Part shown: positions 1 through 7,739 of the stretch, piece by piece
How positions within the stretch are numbered: position 1 is the first letter of the stretch
Layout: every line of letters starts with the position of its first letter
Source of the DNA: a virus
Lineage: Duplodnaviria; Caudoviricetes
Strand: one strand, 5' to 3'
IMG/VR virus record: IMGVR_UViG_3300047561_000454
Location: 1-46,265 of that record
Length of the DNA stretch: 46,265 nt
Notes under the pieces: generated by a model
Database searches by the model: none
Told to the model about the DNA's origin: nothing
The model's input: only the letters and a program-made list of their open reading frames with translations
Translations under genes and position numbers: made by a program

Positions 1-41
1 CCACTCTGTTACTTGTTGCCCTGTCGAAACTAGTCTCCCCC
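1..41 (-). ncRNA. ssrA: tmRNA coding piece, 5' part (permuted two-piece tmRNA; continues beyond the left window edge)
   Basis: Minus strand from 41 reads GGGGGAG-ACTAGTTTCGAC-AGGGCAACAAG, the typical tmRNA 5' end (acceptor strand, D-loop ending UCGAC, P2). GGGGGAG pairs with CTCCTCC-ACCA at 217-207 and includes the Ala identity pair G3.U70. The tag frame lies outside the window. Confidence 0.9.
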
Positions 42-44
42 ATC

Positions 45-208
45 ATAAGAAAACTTAATATACTGTCAATGTTAACGCACTCCACCACAAGCGTAAACCA
101 TATACAGTTCCTGCTTTTCCATATTTTTCACGGAATGGATACAAGCCTGGAGTTAGTCCTGTTTTCTTGTGGAAATTGATTTGCATTTTCATTTCAAACT
201 TTCTTATG
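45..208 (-). repeat. Inverted repeat closing the tmRNA intervening segment
   Basis: CAUAAGAAAGUUUGA (208-194) pairs with UUAAGUUUUCUUAUG (58-44), 15 bp including G.U pairs. Confidence 0.8.
55..192 (-). CDS. 45-aa hypothetical protein inside the tmRNA intervening segment (MKMQINFHKKTGLTPGLYPFREKYGKAGTVYGLRLWWSALTLTVY)
   Basis: Hand-translated, ATG at 192 to TAA at 57-55. Fills 138 of the 165 nt between the CCA end and G1. No clear Shine-Dalgarno sequence. Confidence 0.55.
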   Translation of the reverse strand: MKMQINFHKKTGLTPGLYPFREKYGKAGTVYGLRLWWSALTLTVY

Positions 209-369
209 GTGGAGGAGGGGGAATTCGCATCCCCGTCCAGAACACTTTTCTCTTTGCTTCATACAGCAATAAAAAACACTATACGGTCTATCTGCACTTT
301 TAGGTTTCCCTAGAGTAATCTGGTGTACCAGCCCTGAGATTTGATATTATCTAATCTTCTATAGTGCTA
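207..369 (-). ncRNA. ssrA: tmRNA acceptor piece (3' tRNA-like half with encoded CCA), located upstream of the 5' half (circular permutation)
   Basis: Minus strand reads GTGTTCTG-GAC-GGGGA-TGCGAAT-TCCCC-CTCCTCC-A-CCA (ends at 207): P2 strand, GAC linker, T arm, acceptor strand. UGUUCUG pairs with CAGGGCA of the coding piece. The 5' boundary is inferred from the ATAAATA motif at 381-375 and is uncertain. Confidence 0.88.
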
Positions 370-374
370 ACTAC

Positions 375-381
375 TATTTAT
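375..381 (-). promoter_or_regulatory. T4-type late promoter-like motif (ATAAATA) upstream of the tmRNA
   Basis: TGATAAATAG overlaps the stop codon of the 47-aa ORF, a few nt before the structured RNA begins. Confidence 0.55.
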
Positions 382-524
382 CACCAAGTTTTCTTAGCGA
401 TCCAATGTTGTATCTCTTGTATTTTCCACGCTAGTCCCCATGGCAGTGTGAACCATATCTTGTTACCACTCGGAGTATACATGGTCTTACCATCATTGTC
501 AACACCCATCAATCCTATAAACAT
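381..524 (-). CDS. 47-aa Trp-rich hypothetical protein (MFIGLMGVDNDGKTMYTPSGNKIWFTLPWGLAWKIQEIQHWIAKKTW)
   Basis: Hand-translated. Strong RBS (TAAGGAG-aagat-ATG) and an upstream ATAAATA at 550-544. It fills the gap between the 1227-aa gene and the tmRNA. Confidence 0.75.
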   Translation of the reverse strand: MFIGLMGVDNDGKTMYTPSGNKIWFTLPWGLAWKIQEIQHWIAKKTW

Positions 525-533
525 ATCTTCTCC

Positions 534-3500
534 TTAAGATTTATATTTATTCTGGTAGTAAGTTCTTAACCAACCCCAATCATAACTCAATCGTAATTTA
601 TCAAAATCACCATTGACTTCTTCATAGTATTCTATAGCATGTCGAGCACCTTGTAAACTGTATTGGAAAAACTCACCTAACCCAACATTTAACCAAGCAT
701 CCAATCTCTTGTCATTTTCTGTTGTACTAGATGCTTTAAGTTTAATGCATTCACGGAACGCAGTACGCCAAGTATCCCATTCACTACTGTTATACATACC
801 TATACCACTATTAGCCGAAACAACTTCATGTTCGCTGTCCATAGTAAAGTCTAGTCCATTGCCAAAGTTAGCTAATGTCAACTTCTTGTTATTAGCAACG
901 ATGGCTTGGTGACCATACACTAGTCCATTCACTGGGTTGGTAGCATGAAAGATATAGTGTTTTGGTATTTGTAATCTATCTGGTTGCCAATTGAAATCAA
1001 ACTTAGATGCTACTTTTAATTTAGCATTAACTAAAAAATACCATGATGTATTACTACTATTTGCAGCAGCATGTTGACTTTTCACACGACCATCTACGCC
1101 GTCTATTCTAGTTACTTTGTTAGGCAATACTTGTGTTATCTTTAATAAATGTTCGTAGTTTTTGTCTGCACCAGCTTCACCGTTGCTGAAAAATATAATG
1201 TCTAGTGGATTAGATTCTATGAGTTTATTACTTGAAATGATGTATGGATAATCATATAATTCTTTCTTTACATAGTGTTTAGCTTCTTTTGGAACAATGA
1301 TTTGCGTTCCACCTTTGCTAGCAATAGTAATGTTTTTAGTCTTATTGCTCCATATATTCATTGGTTCGGCATCAATTGTATTGAGATTCTTATTATCTTC
1401 AGTTACAAATACAGCATATGGGAAATTAAACTCAGTATTAATACTAGTTACATGGCTATCACTTTCTGTAACAATTACTGGAGCAGGCAATCGTTTGACT
1501 CTCTGATTTTGATTGAAGTTAATTTTATTGTAATCTTCTAAAGTTTTCATATCAGTTATCAATGTCCGAAGTTTGTTAACGTCAATAAAAAACGTATCTC
1601 CAAACTTTTGCTTATCGCTGGGAAACACATGTAATTGTTCTTTAGCAAACGGGTCACAGATATAAGTAAAATCAAAATCACTATAATCACAAATAGTACT
1701 AACTACCCAGATATGATGTTCTTTTTTAGTAGGTAGAATCTCAACTATCTTTTTGAACGTTTTAAAATAATCTTGTTCATACTTAATAACTACTTTACCT
1801 TCAGTATCAGATAAGTTACCGTGGTCAATGTAAATGATATCATATAAAATATTAGTTGCTTTAGCCCGTCGTTGTTTAACAAAATTTAAATTAGAAAGAT
1901 GTTCAATAATCTTAATATATTTTGTATCTTCTGAAAATGTTTCTTTGTTAATCATGTACGTGTTTCCCCAATGGCTCCATTGAGTTCCAAAAACATGTAC
2001 CATTTTAGTTTGCCATGGGCTAGGATAAAAATCAAATAGAAAATCACTATAGTCTAACTCGCTGTTTAATACCCAAAATAACTTAGTTTCTGACTTGATG
2101 ATGCAGCGGTTGATGGTTTCTACCCAACTATTTAAATAACGTGTTTTTTGTAATTGGGGATAACGTTTTTTTAGTATACTAAATCTAAGCATACTTTCAT
2201 CATTACCTTTATCAATGAAAAACATACTTAGGTTACTATCAACTTCTATTAATTTTTCTTCAATATAATTAAATTCACGATGACCTAAATTATACATTGG
2301 TCCATTGATATAATAAGTTTGCGTATTTTTACTATATTCATTACCAAATATATTTACATGCCTGAAGTTTTCTTCATTTGGTCTCCAATTAAAATCAAAC
2401 TTATCATAATTTAAATCAGGATTGATAGCCCAAAATACTTCACTCGGGTGTTCGTTAATTAAATCTTCAATCGTTGTTTTGATTTTATAACGATTTACTA
2501 TGATATTTTTAGCATCTTCAGTTCTTTCCATATAGACTACATCTACTGCATCGGGTACAGTATATCTAGGACCATTGTCGGCCCATTGGTATATTTGAGG
2601 TGAACTATGTGGGTTGGGTCTCCAACTAAAATCAAATGTTTTGTAATCTTCTTTATTAAAAACTGTCCAACGTGTCATATCTGATTTAGGGATAGCAACA
2701 GGATAATCTAAATATTTTCTAACTTCTGCCCCCGGTACATGATATTCAATAGTTGGTTCAGTTTTACTGTCATTCCATTTATTACCAAATACATAAATCA
2801 TAGGTGGCTCATGTAAATTAGGGTCAGGTCTCCATCTATAATCAAAACTATTTCTTTCTACTGGAATTAATTGTTTCCATCTGTCCCATTCAGGTTCTAA
2901 CTCAACAATATCCATGTATTTGTATTCAGTTGCCCCTGGCACACAATACTCTATTGTAGGTTTTTCTTCTGATGAATGAAATTTGTTACCCCATACATAA
3001 ATGTAAGGAGGTTCATGTAGATTAGGATCAGGTCTCCAACTGAAATCAAATATGGTTCTATCTACTAAAATATATTCTTTCCACCTATCCCATTCAGGTT
3101 CTAACTCAACAATATCCATATATTTGTATTCAGTTGCTCCTGGTACAATATATTCTAGTGTAGGTTTTACTTCAGCAGGATCATACTTATTACCCCATAC
3201 ATAGATATACGGCGGTTCATTTAAGTTAGGATCAGGTCTCCAACTGAAATCAAATGTGGTTCTATCTACTAAAATATATTCTTTCCACCTATCCCATTCA
3301 GGTTCTAAATCAACAACTCCCATATATTTGTATTCAGTTGCACCAGTTGCAACGTATTCTATCGTAGGTTTTACTTCAGCAGGATCATACTTATTACCCC
3401 ATACATAGATATATGCAGGTTCACGTGGGTCAGGTCTCCATGCTAAATCAAATTTAGTTTTATCTACTTTTATAGTTTCTTTCCATTTGTTTAGTTCCGG

Positions 3501-4217
3501 TAACACTGGCAGCAAATCAGTCATGTATTTTGTATCCGTTGCCCCTGGCATATGATACTCTAACGTAGATTTTAATTTAGCATCAATATATTTGTTTCCC
3601 CAAATATAATTCATAGGAGGTTCTAATGGGTCAGGTCTCCAAGACATATCAAATTTATTTTTGTCTACTTCTTGTACTTCTACCCATCGTTCCGTATATG
3701 GTATTAATTCAACAATAATATCCATATACTTTATTGTTGTTGCCCCATGCACATGATATTCTAAACATGACTGTAGTTCTACGGGAAAGAATTTACAACC
3801 CCATGCATATACAAAAGGAGGATCCGATGGATCTGGATGCCAACTGAAATCAAATTTAGTTTCGTCAACTAAATCTAATAGTACCCAATTTTCATTTTTT
3901 AAGTTTTTGCGTTTAACTGTATCAACATCAGCACGATAGATTATTATTTCGCTATACTGTTTAGGGCATAACCAGGTTCCGCTATCTTTTTGATGTTGAC
4001 TAGGCCATACATTGTTATGTTCTTCTGCCCATACATCTTCGTCAGGTAAAAATTCAAAATCAAAGTCCCAATCAAAACCACGATAATCACAGTATTCGTT
4101 AATTATCCAAAAATTATCAGTGGTACATTGGTTTCTAGCATCTTCTATTGAAGTTGCGAATCTTTCTCTTGGGTGAACATTGGGTTTTTTACCGTAATAA
4201 AATACATCTCTTAGCAT
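534..4217 (-). CDS. Large repeat protein with a C-terminal glycosyltransferase-like (GT-A-type) domain
   Basis: The C-terminus (DIIFFSNGE..RIDGVDGRVKSQHAAA..WYFLVNAK..TWRTAFRECIKL) aligns by eye with the 14784-15737 protein. It is preceded by about 11 copies of an FDFxWxP..[HY]V[WF] module. Confidence 0.75.
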   Translation of the reverse strand: MLRDVFYYGKKPNVHPRERFATSIEDARNQCTTDNFWIINEYCDYRGFDWDFDFEFLPDEDVWAEEHNNVWPSQHQKDSGTWLCPKQYSEIIIYRADVDTVKRKNLKNENWVLLDLVDETKFDFSWHPDPSDPPFVYAWGCKFFPVELQSCLEYHVHGATTIKYMDIIVELIPYTERWVEVQEVDKNKFDMSWRPDPLEPPMNYIWGNKYIDAKLKSTLEYHMPGATDTKYMTDLLPVLPELNKWKETIKVDKTKFDLAWRPDPREPAYIYVWGNKYDPAEVKPTIEYVATGATEYKYMGVVDLEPEWDRWKEYILVDRTTFDFSWRPDPNLNEPPYIYVWGNKYDPAEVKPTLEYIVPGATEYKYMDIVELEPEWDRWKEYILVDRTIFDFSWRPDPNLHEPPYIYVWGNKFHSSEEKPTIEYCVPGATEYKYMDIVELEPEWDRWKQLIPVERNSFDYRWRPDPNLHEPPMIYVFGNKWNDSKTEPTIEYHVPGAEVRKYLDYPVAIPKSDMTRWTVFNKEDYKTFDFSWRPNPHSSPQIYQWADNGPRYTVPDAVDVVYMERTEDAKNIIVNRYKIKTTIEDLINEHPSEVFWAINPDLNYDKFDFNWRPNEENFRHVNIFGNEYSKNTQTYYINGPMYNLGHREFNYIEEKLIEVDSNLSMFFIDKGNDESMLRFSILKKRYPQLQKTRYLNSWVETINRCIIKSETKLFWVLNSELDYSDFLFDFYPSPWQTKMVHVFGTQWSHWGNTYMINKETFSEDTKYIKIIEHLSNLNFVKQRRAKATNILYDIIYIDHGNLSDTEGKVVIKYEQDYFKTFKKIVEILPTKKEHHIWVVSTICDYSDFDFTYICDPFAKEQLHVFPSDKQKFGDTFFIDVNKLRTLITDMKTLEDYNKINFNQNQRVKRLPAPVIVTESDSHVTSINTEFNFPYAVFVTEDNKNLNTIDAEPMNIWSNKTKNITIASKGGTQIIVPKEAKHYVKKELYDYPYIISSNKLIESNPLDIIFFSNGEAGADKNYEHLLKITQVLPNKVTRIDGVDGRVKSQHAAANSSNTSWYFLVNAKLKVASKFDFNWQPDRLQIPKHYIFHATNPVNGLVYGHQAIVANNKKLTLANFGNGLDFTMDSEHEVVSANSGIGMYNSSEWDTWRTAFRECIKLKASSTTENDKRLDAWLNVGLGEFFQYSLQGARHAIEYYEEVNGDFDKLRLSYDWGWLRTYYQNKYKS
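2520..3890 (-). repeat. Seven tandem ~66-70-aa repeats (FDFSWRPDP..PPYIYVWGNK..PTIEY.VPGATEYKYM)
   Basis: Repeats are visible in the protein. At DNA level, near-identical copies have a 204-nt period (ggatcaggtctccaactgaaatcaaat at 3025 and 3229). Confidence 0.92.
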
Positions 4218-4240
4218 GTATTTACTTATGACTTAATTAA

Positions 4241-4777
4241 TTATTTAAAATATAACTCTGGATATTCTACTAACACATGCACTCCACCTTGTTCATATGC
4301 ATTAATATAGCTGTCTAGTATTGAGGTATAGTCAGTTAAATCATAGAATGTAATGTTTGGACATAATGATTTGAATTCATTGATGTAATTACCTTTATGC
4401 TGATGCCCGGGATCCAATGGAGTATCTGCACCTTTGCCTAATCTGATTAGTATATTTGCTTTCTGTCCAGTCATCAATTCATACTTGTCAACATGATTCA
4501 CAAACTGATTAGTAGCAGAGACAATAAAATCCCATCTTGGATAAAATGATATGACAGTTTTTCCTGTCATTGCCATTCCTAAACTCATGCCCATTTGAGT
4601 TTCTTCCATAACTGGAACTTCAATCATCTTATCTTTAGAAACATTTATGAGCGTAGTACTCATGGGATTACCTGCATAGACAATCTGTTGACCTATAAAG
4701 ACAGTATTATCTTTGTTACCAAGAAAGGTCATCGCATTGATTAACGAATCTTTATATGGTGATGGCTGTGAAATCAT
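4241..4777 (-). CDS. ThDP-dependent enzyme, E1-beta/transketolase pyrimidine-binding domain only
   Basis: Motifs VFIGQ, IEVPVMEETQMGMSLGMAMTG (catalytic Glu), DFIVSATNQFVNH, GHQH. It lacks the C-terminal domain of a normal E1 beta. Confidence 0.85.
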   Translation of the reverse strand: MISQPSPYKDSLINAMTFLGNKDNTVFIGQQIVYAGNPMSTTLINVSKDKMIEVPVMEETQMGMSLGMAMTGKTVISFYPRWDFIVSATNQFVNHVDKYELMTGQKANILIRLGKGADTPLDPGHQHKGNYINEFKSLCPNITFYDLTDYTSILDSYINAYEQGGVHVLVEYPELYFK

Positions 4778-4779
4778 TT

Positions 4780-5394
4780 TTAAGTATGTCCTTTAAAATC
4801 TAATATATCATATTCTTTTGTAACTTTCATACTCCATATGGAACTATGAGATTCATCAAAACTATTAATGGGTGTTTCATATATCGCAGATAGCTTGTCT
4901 GCATTTAATGTAACATCGGAATATTCCTTACGATAATCATGTCCGGCTATTATACCCCCAATTTTAACAAATTTTGCAAAATGTGAAATTATTTCCCAAT
5001 CCATTGGATTTTTATGCAGTGCATCGACAAATAATAAATCTATAGGATCTCCGTTATAATTAGTTTCGTCAGGGGCGGTTCCTCTCAGAGGAAATACATT
5101 ATTAAAATCTTTAGTATTTTTCTGAAATTCTTCCCATGCATTATATACATGTCCACTGACAGGTGCACTAGGAGTATCAAGCGTGTGCGTATCTATATAA
5201 TTTTCATAAAATATATCACTGCAATATATTTTTACACTAGCATGACAAGACATTGCCCATGCAACAGTACTTCTACCAAATAAACTACCAATTTCTAATA
5301 TAGTTCCATTTTCAGGAACTAGTGTTGATAGTTCATTGATAGACTCTAAATCTGCAGGAGTCATCCATCCTAGAATAGTATCATCATACAGCAT
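4780..5394 (-). CDS. Class I SAM-dependent methyltransferase (Methyltransf_24-like)
   Basis: Motifs ILEIGSLFGRST, IDLLFVDALH, GGIIAGHDY. Confidence 0.88.
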   Translation of the reverse strand: MLYDDTILGWMTPADLESINELSTLVPENGTILEIGSLFGRSTVAWAMSCHASVKIYCSDIFYENYIDTHTLDTPSAPVSGHVYNAWEEFQKNTKDFNNVFPLRGTAPDETNYNGDPIDLLFVDALHKNPMDWEIISHFAKFVKIGGIIAGHDYRKEYSDVTLNADKLSAIYETPINSFDESHSSIWSMKVTKEYDILDFKGHT

Positions 5395-5815
5395 CGTTAT
5401 CTTCCGAATCAGTCCAACTTATTTCCCAATCTTTCCATTCAGCAGCTAAACAATCAACTTTATAATCTTTGCGTCCCCCGATTACTTCTTGAATTTTATT
5501 TTTCGCTGTATTGCGAATTCCATTTAATCCATGTGTTAACTCTAAGTTATTCCCATCTTTAATACCCCGACGATAATTCGATTCATTGTGCCAAATATGA
5601 AGATTTATTTGAGATACAACTACAATAGCACGGATAGTATTAGCATCCAAAACTGCTTTATTTTCTTCTAAAATTATTTGCAAGTCATGTACAATGTCAT
5701 CAATTTCTTTGCTATATTCTTGCTTGTGTTCTGGTATAAACACTTCTTTTAATTGTACAATGCTCAATCGATCTATCAATTCTGATAGTGTTTGTAAATA
5801 TCTTCTTTGTTTCAT
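5384..5815 (-). CDS. All-helical hypothetical protein, DUF6165-like
   Basis: The pattern LSELIDRLSIVQLK ... INLHIWHNE ... NGIRNTAKNKI resembles DUF6165 (recalled). Overlaps both neighbouring genes. Confidence 0.6.
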   Translation of the reverse strand: MKQRRYLQTLSELIDRLSIVQLKEVFIPEHKQEYSKEIDDIVHDLQIILEENKAVLDANTIRAIVVVSQINLHIWHNESNYRRGIKDGNNLELTHGLNGIRNTAKNKIQEVIGGRKDYKVDCLAAEWKDWEISWTDSEDNDAV

Positions 5816-6750
5816 AGGTTTGTAAAATTTCTATTGTTAAGTGTGATAACAAATTGATAGGCCTCTATCAACTGTTTAATCCCATAATCTAAATCGTATT
5901 TAGGACTCCAGCCTAAACTCTCAATCTTTTCGTTTGAAACTATATAGTTTCGTTTATCAAAATCTTCCTTAAACTCATCTTGCTTAATTACAAGATTTGG
6001 TACATGTTTTTTTATCTTTTCTGCTAGTTCTAATTTGCTTAGATTAGCAGTAGATAATCCAACATTGAACGCTTGCCCTTTGCAACGATCATAGTTTTCA
6101 ATCATAAATCTAAATGTTTGTGCTATGTCCTGCACATGTATATAGTTTCGTTTGAAGTGTGCCTCAAATAAAACTAGATATCCATCAGTAATACTTTTGT
6201 ACACAAAGTCATTGACCAATAAATCCTGACGCATTCTTGGGCTAACTCCAAACACAGTAGCTAATCGTAATGCTATACCATTACCATTACCTAGTACGCT
6301 ATCTTCAGCATCACACTTAGTTTTTGCATATAGACTCAATGGTTTAAATGGACTATCTTCCGTGATGATTGTATCACTTGACCCATATTGACTGTTGGTA
6401 TTTGGTATGATTAATTTTTGATCGTTACGCAATACTTTTACTATGTTATCTATGTGGTTGAAGTTAACATCTACCGCTAGTTCTGGGTTTGCTTTGCAAG
6501 CAGGCATACCCACAATAGCCGCCAATGGTATTATTACATCATGTTCACTAACCAGTTTAAGTAGTAAATCAGTATTACGAACATCACCTAATTGAAACTT
6601 AAAATTCTCACGCTTAAAGAGATGCAGTAGTGATAGCTGTTTGAAGTTTAAATTATCTAATACAGTAACGGTATAATCGTTGTCTAATAGATGTTCAGCT
6701 AATGTTGAGCCAAGGTAACCGGCGCCGCCGGTTATGAGTACTTTGTTCAT
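5812..6750 (-). CDS. NAD-dependent NDP-sugar SDR, Campylobacter Cj1427-like C4-dehydrogenase (WcaG family)
   Basis: GGAGYLG and YAKTK motifs, plus IIPLAAIVG.P.C, PNTNS, RLATVFG.SPRMR.DLLVNDF, LFE.HF.RNYIHV, GLS.ANL, matching my recollection of Cj1427 along the full length. Confidence 0.85.
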   Translation of the reverse strand: MNKVLITGGAGYLGSTLAEHLLDNDYTVTVLDNLNFKQLSLLHLFKRENFKFQLGDVRNTDLLLKLVSEHDVIIPLAAIVGMPACKANPELAVDVNFNHIDNIVKVLRNDQKLIIPNTNSQYGSSDTIITEDSPFKPLSLYAKTKCDAEDSVLGNGNGIALRLATVFGVSPRMRQDLLVNDFVYKSITDGYLVLFEAHFKRNYIHVQDIAQTFRFMIENYDRCKGQAFNVGLSTANLSKLELAEKIKKHVPNLVIKQDEFKEDFDKRNYIVSNEKIESLGWSPKYDLDYGIKQLIEAYQFVITLNNRNFTNL

Positions 6751-7739
6751 GGTTTGCTATTTGGATCAAATTGATGTTTATTGTCACGATACCATTTAAT
6801 AGTATCTTTCAGTGCTTCTTTGATTTCACGCTTTGGTTTCCATCCTAGGTCATTAATTTTTTTGCTAGAAATCAATCGTATAGGAATCATGGGTGCTCTG
6901 TTATTCACATACTCAACTGGATTTGTATTGTTGTCTATTTCTTTCATCCAACTTAATAATTCATTTACGCTGAACCCTTGACCATAGCATACATTATAAA
7001 TATCATACTTGTCTACATGAGTGGCAACATATACGATTCCTTCTGCCATATCGTCTGCATGTAGTATGTCACGAATTTCTGTACCGTCACCCCATACTGG
7101 GATTGGGTTAAGTCCGTCTGCCACTTTTCTAATATTTGCGGGAGTAACATGGCACTTTTCAAAATCAAACTTATCATTAGGACCAAACGCATTTGAAGGA
7201 CGAATGATGATACATTGCATAGGATCGTGAATCTGATTGCTAAAGAAATCACACATCATTTCACCAAAACGTTTCATTGCACCCACTGCTTTGTAAACCG
7301 GAACCAATGGTAAATTCATAAACTCTGGATCTTCAACTGCGTAAGTTTCTCCTAAATCTCCATTGACATTTGCTGTACTAATAAAGACAAATTTACGAAC
7401 TTTATTAATCCATGCTTGCTCCATTAGATTGGTGTTCATTGCAACATTAGGAGTGACATGTAATAATGGATTATATTTGGTATCTAGTGCATTACTCGTA
7501 TTAGCCGCACCATGTATAACTACATCTATTCCCTCAGTAATAGTTTTACAAAAATCAGCACTACTAAGATCACCTTTAACTAATTCTATTGTTTCACAAC
7601 CATCAAAGTCATTACGCAACTCTCTTTGTAATGAAGATGCTCTTAGGTTAGTAAATCCTTGTTGATATAAAACACGCAATATGTTAGAGCCAATGAATCC
7701 ACTCGCACCTGTTACTAAAATTCTGTCAGTTTTTTTCAT
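6747..7739 (-). CDS. GDP-fucose synthase (Fcl)-like extended SDR with a non-canonical active site
   Basis: GASGFIG, RPSNAFGPNDKFD..CHV.PA.IRK, VWGDGTEIRD. The YxxxK position reads VGAMK. Confidence 0.8.
   Translation of the reverse strand: MKKTDRILVTGASGFIGSNILRVLYQQGFTNLRASSLQRELRNDFDGCETIELVKGDLSSADFCKTITEGIDVVIHGAANTSNALDTKYNPLLHVTPNVAMNTNLMEQAWINKVRKFVFISTANVNGDLGETYAVEDPEFMNLPLVPVYKAVGAMKRFGEMMCDFFSNQIHDPMQCIIIRPSNAFGPNDKFDFEKCHVTPANIRKVADGLNPIPVWGDGTEIRDILHADDMAEGIVYVATHVDKYDIYNVCYGQGFSVNELLSWMKEIDNNTNPVEYVNNRAPMIPIRLISSKKINDLGWKPKREIKEALKDTIKWYRDNKHQFDPNSKP

Noticed and set aside
207-240. Possible tRNA gene or prophage att-site tRNA fragment
   Set aside because: No anticodon or D arm upstream. 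The GAC linker, P2 pairing and complementary 5' half at 41 identify it as tmRNA. No integrase is nearby.
2790-3440. DNA direct repeats as a CRISPR array or a DGR template/variable repeat pair
   Set aside because: The period is 204 nt, in frame and coding, with no unique spacers. Differences are few and not evidently adenine-restricted, and no reverse transcriptase is in the window.
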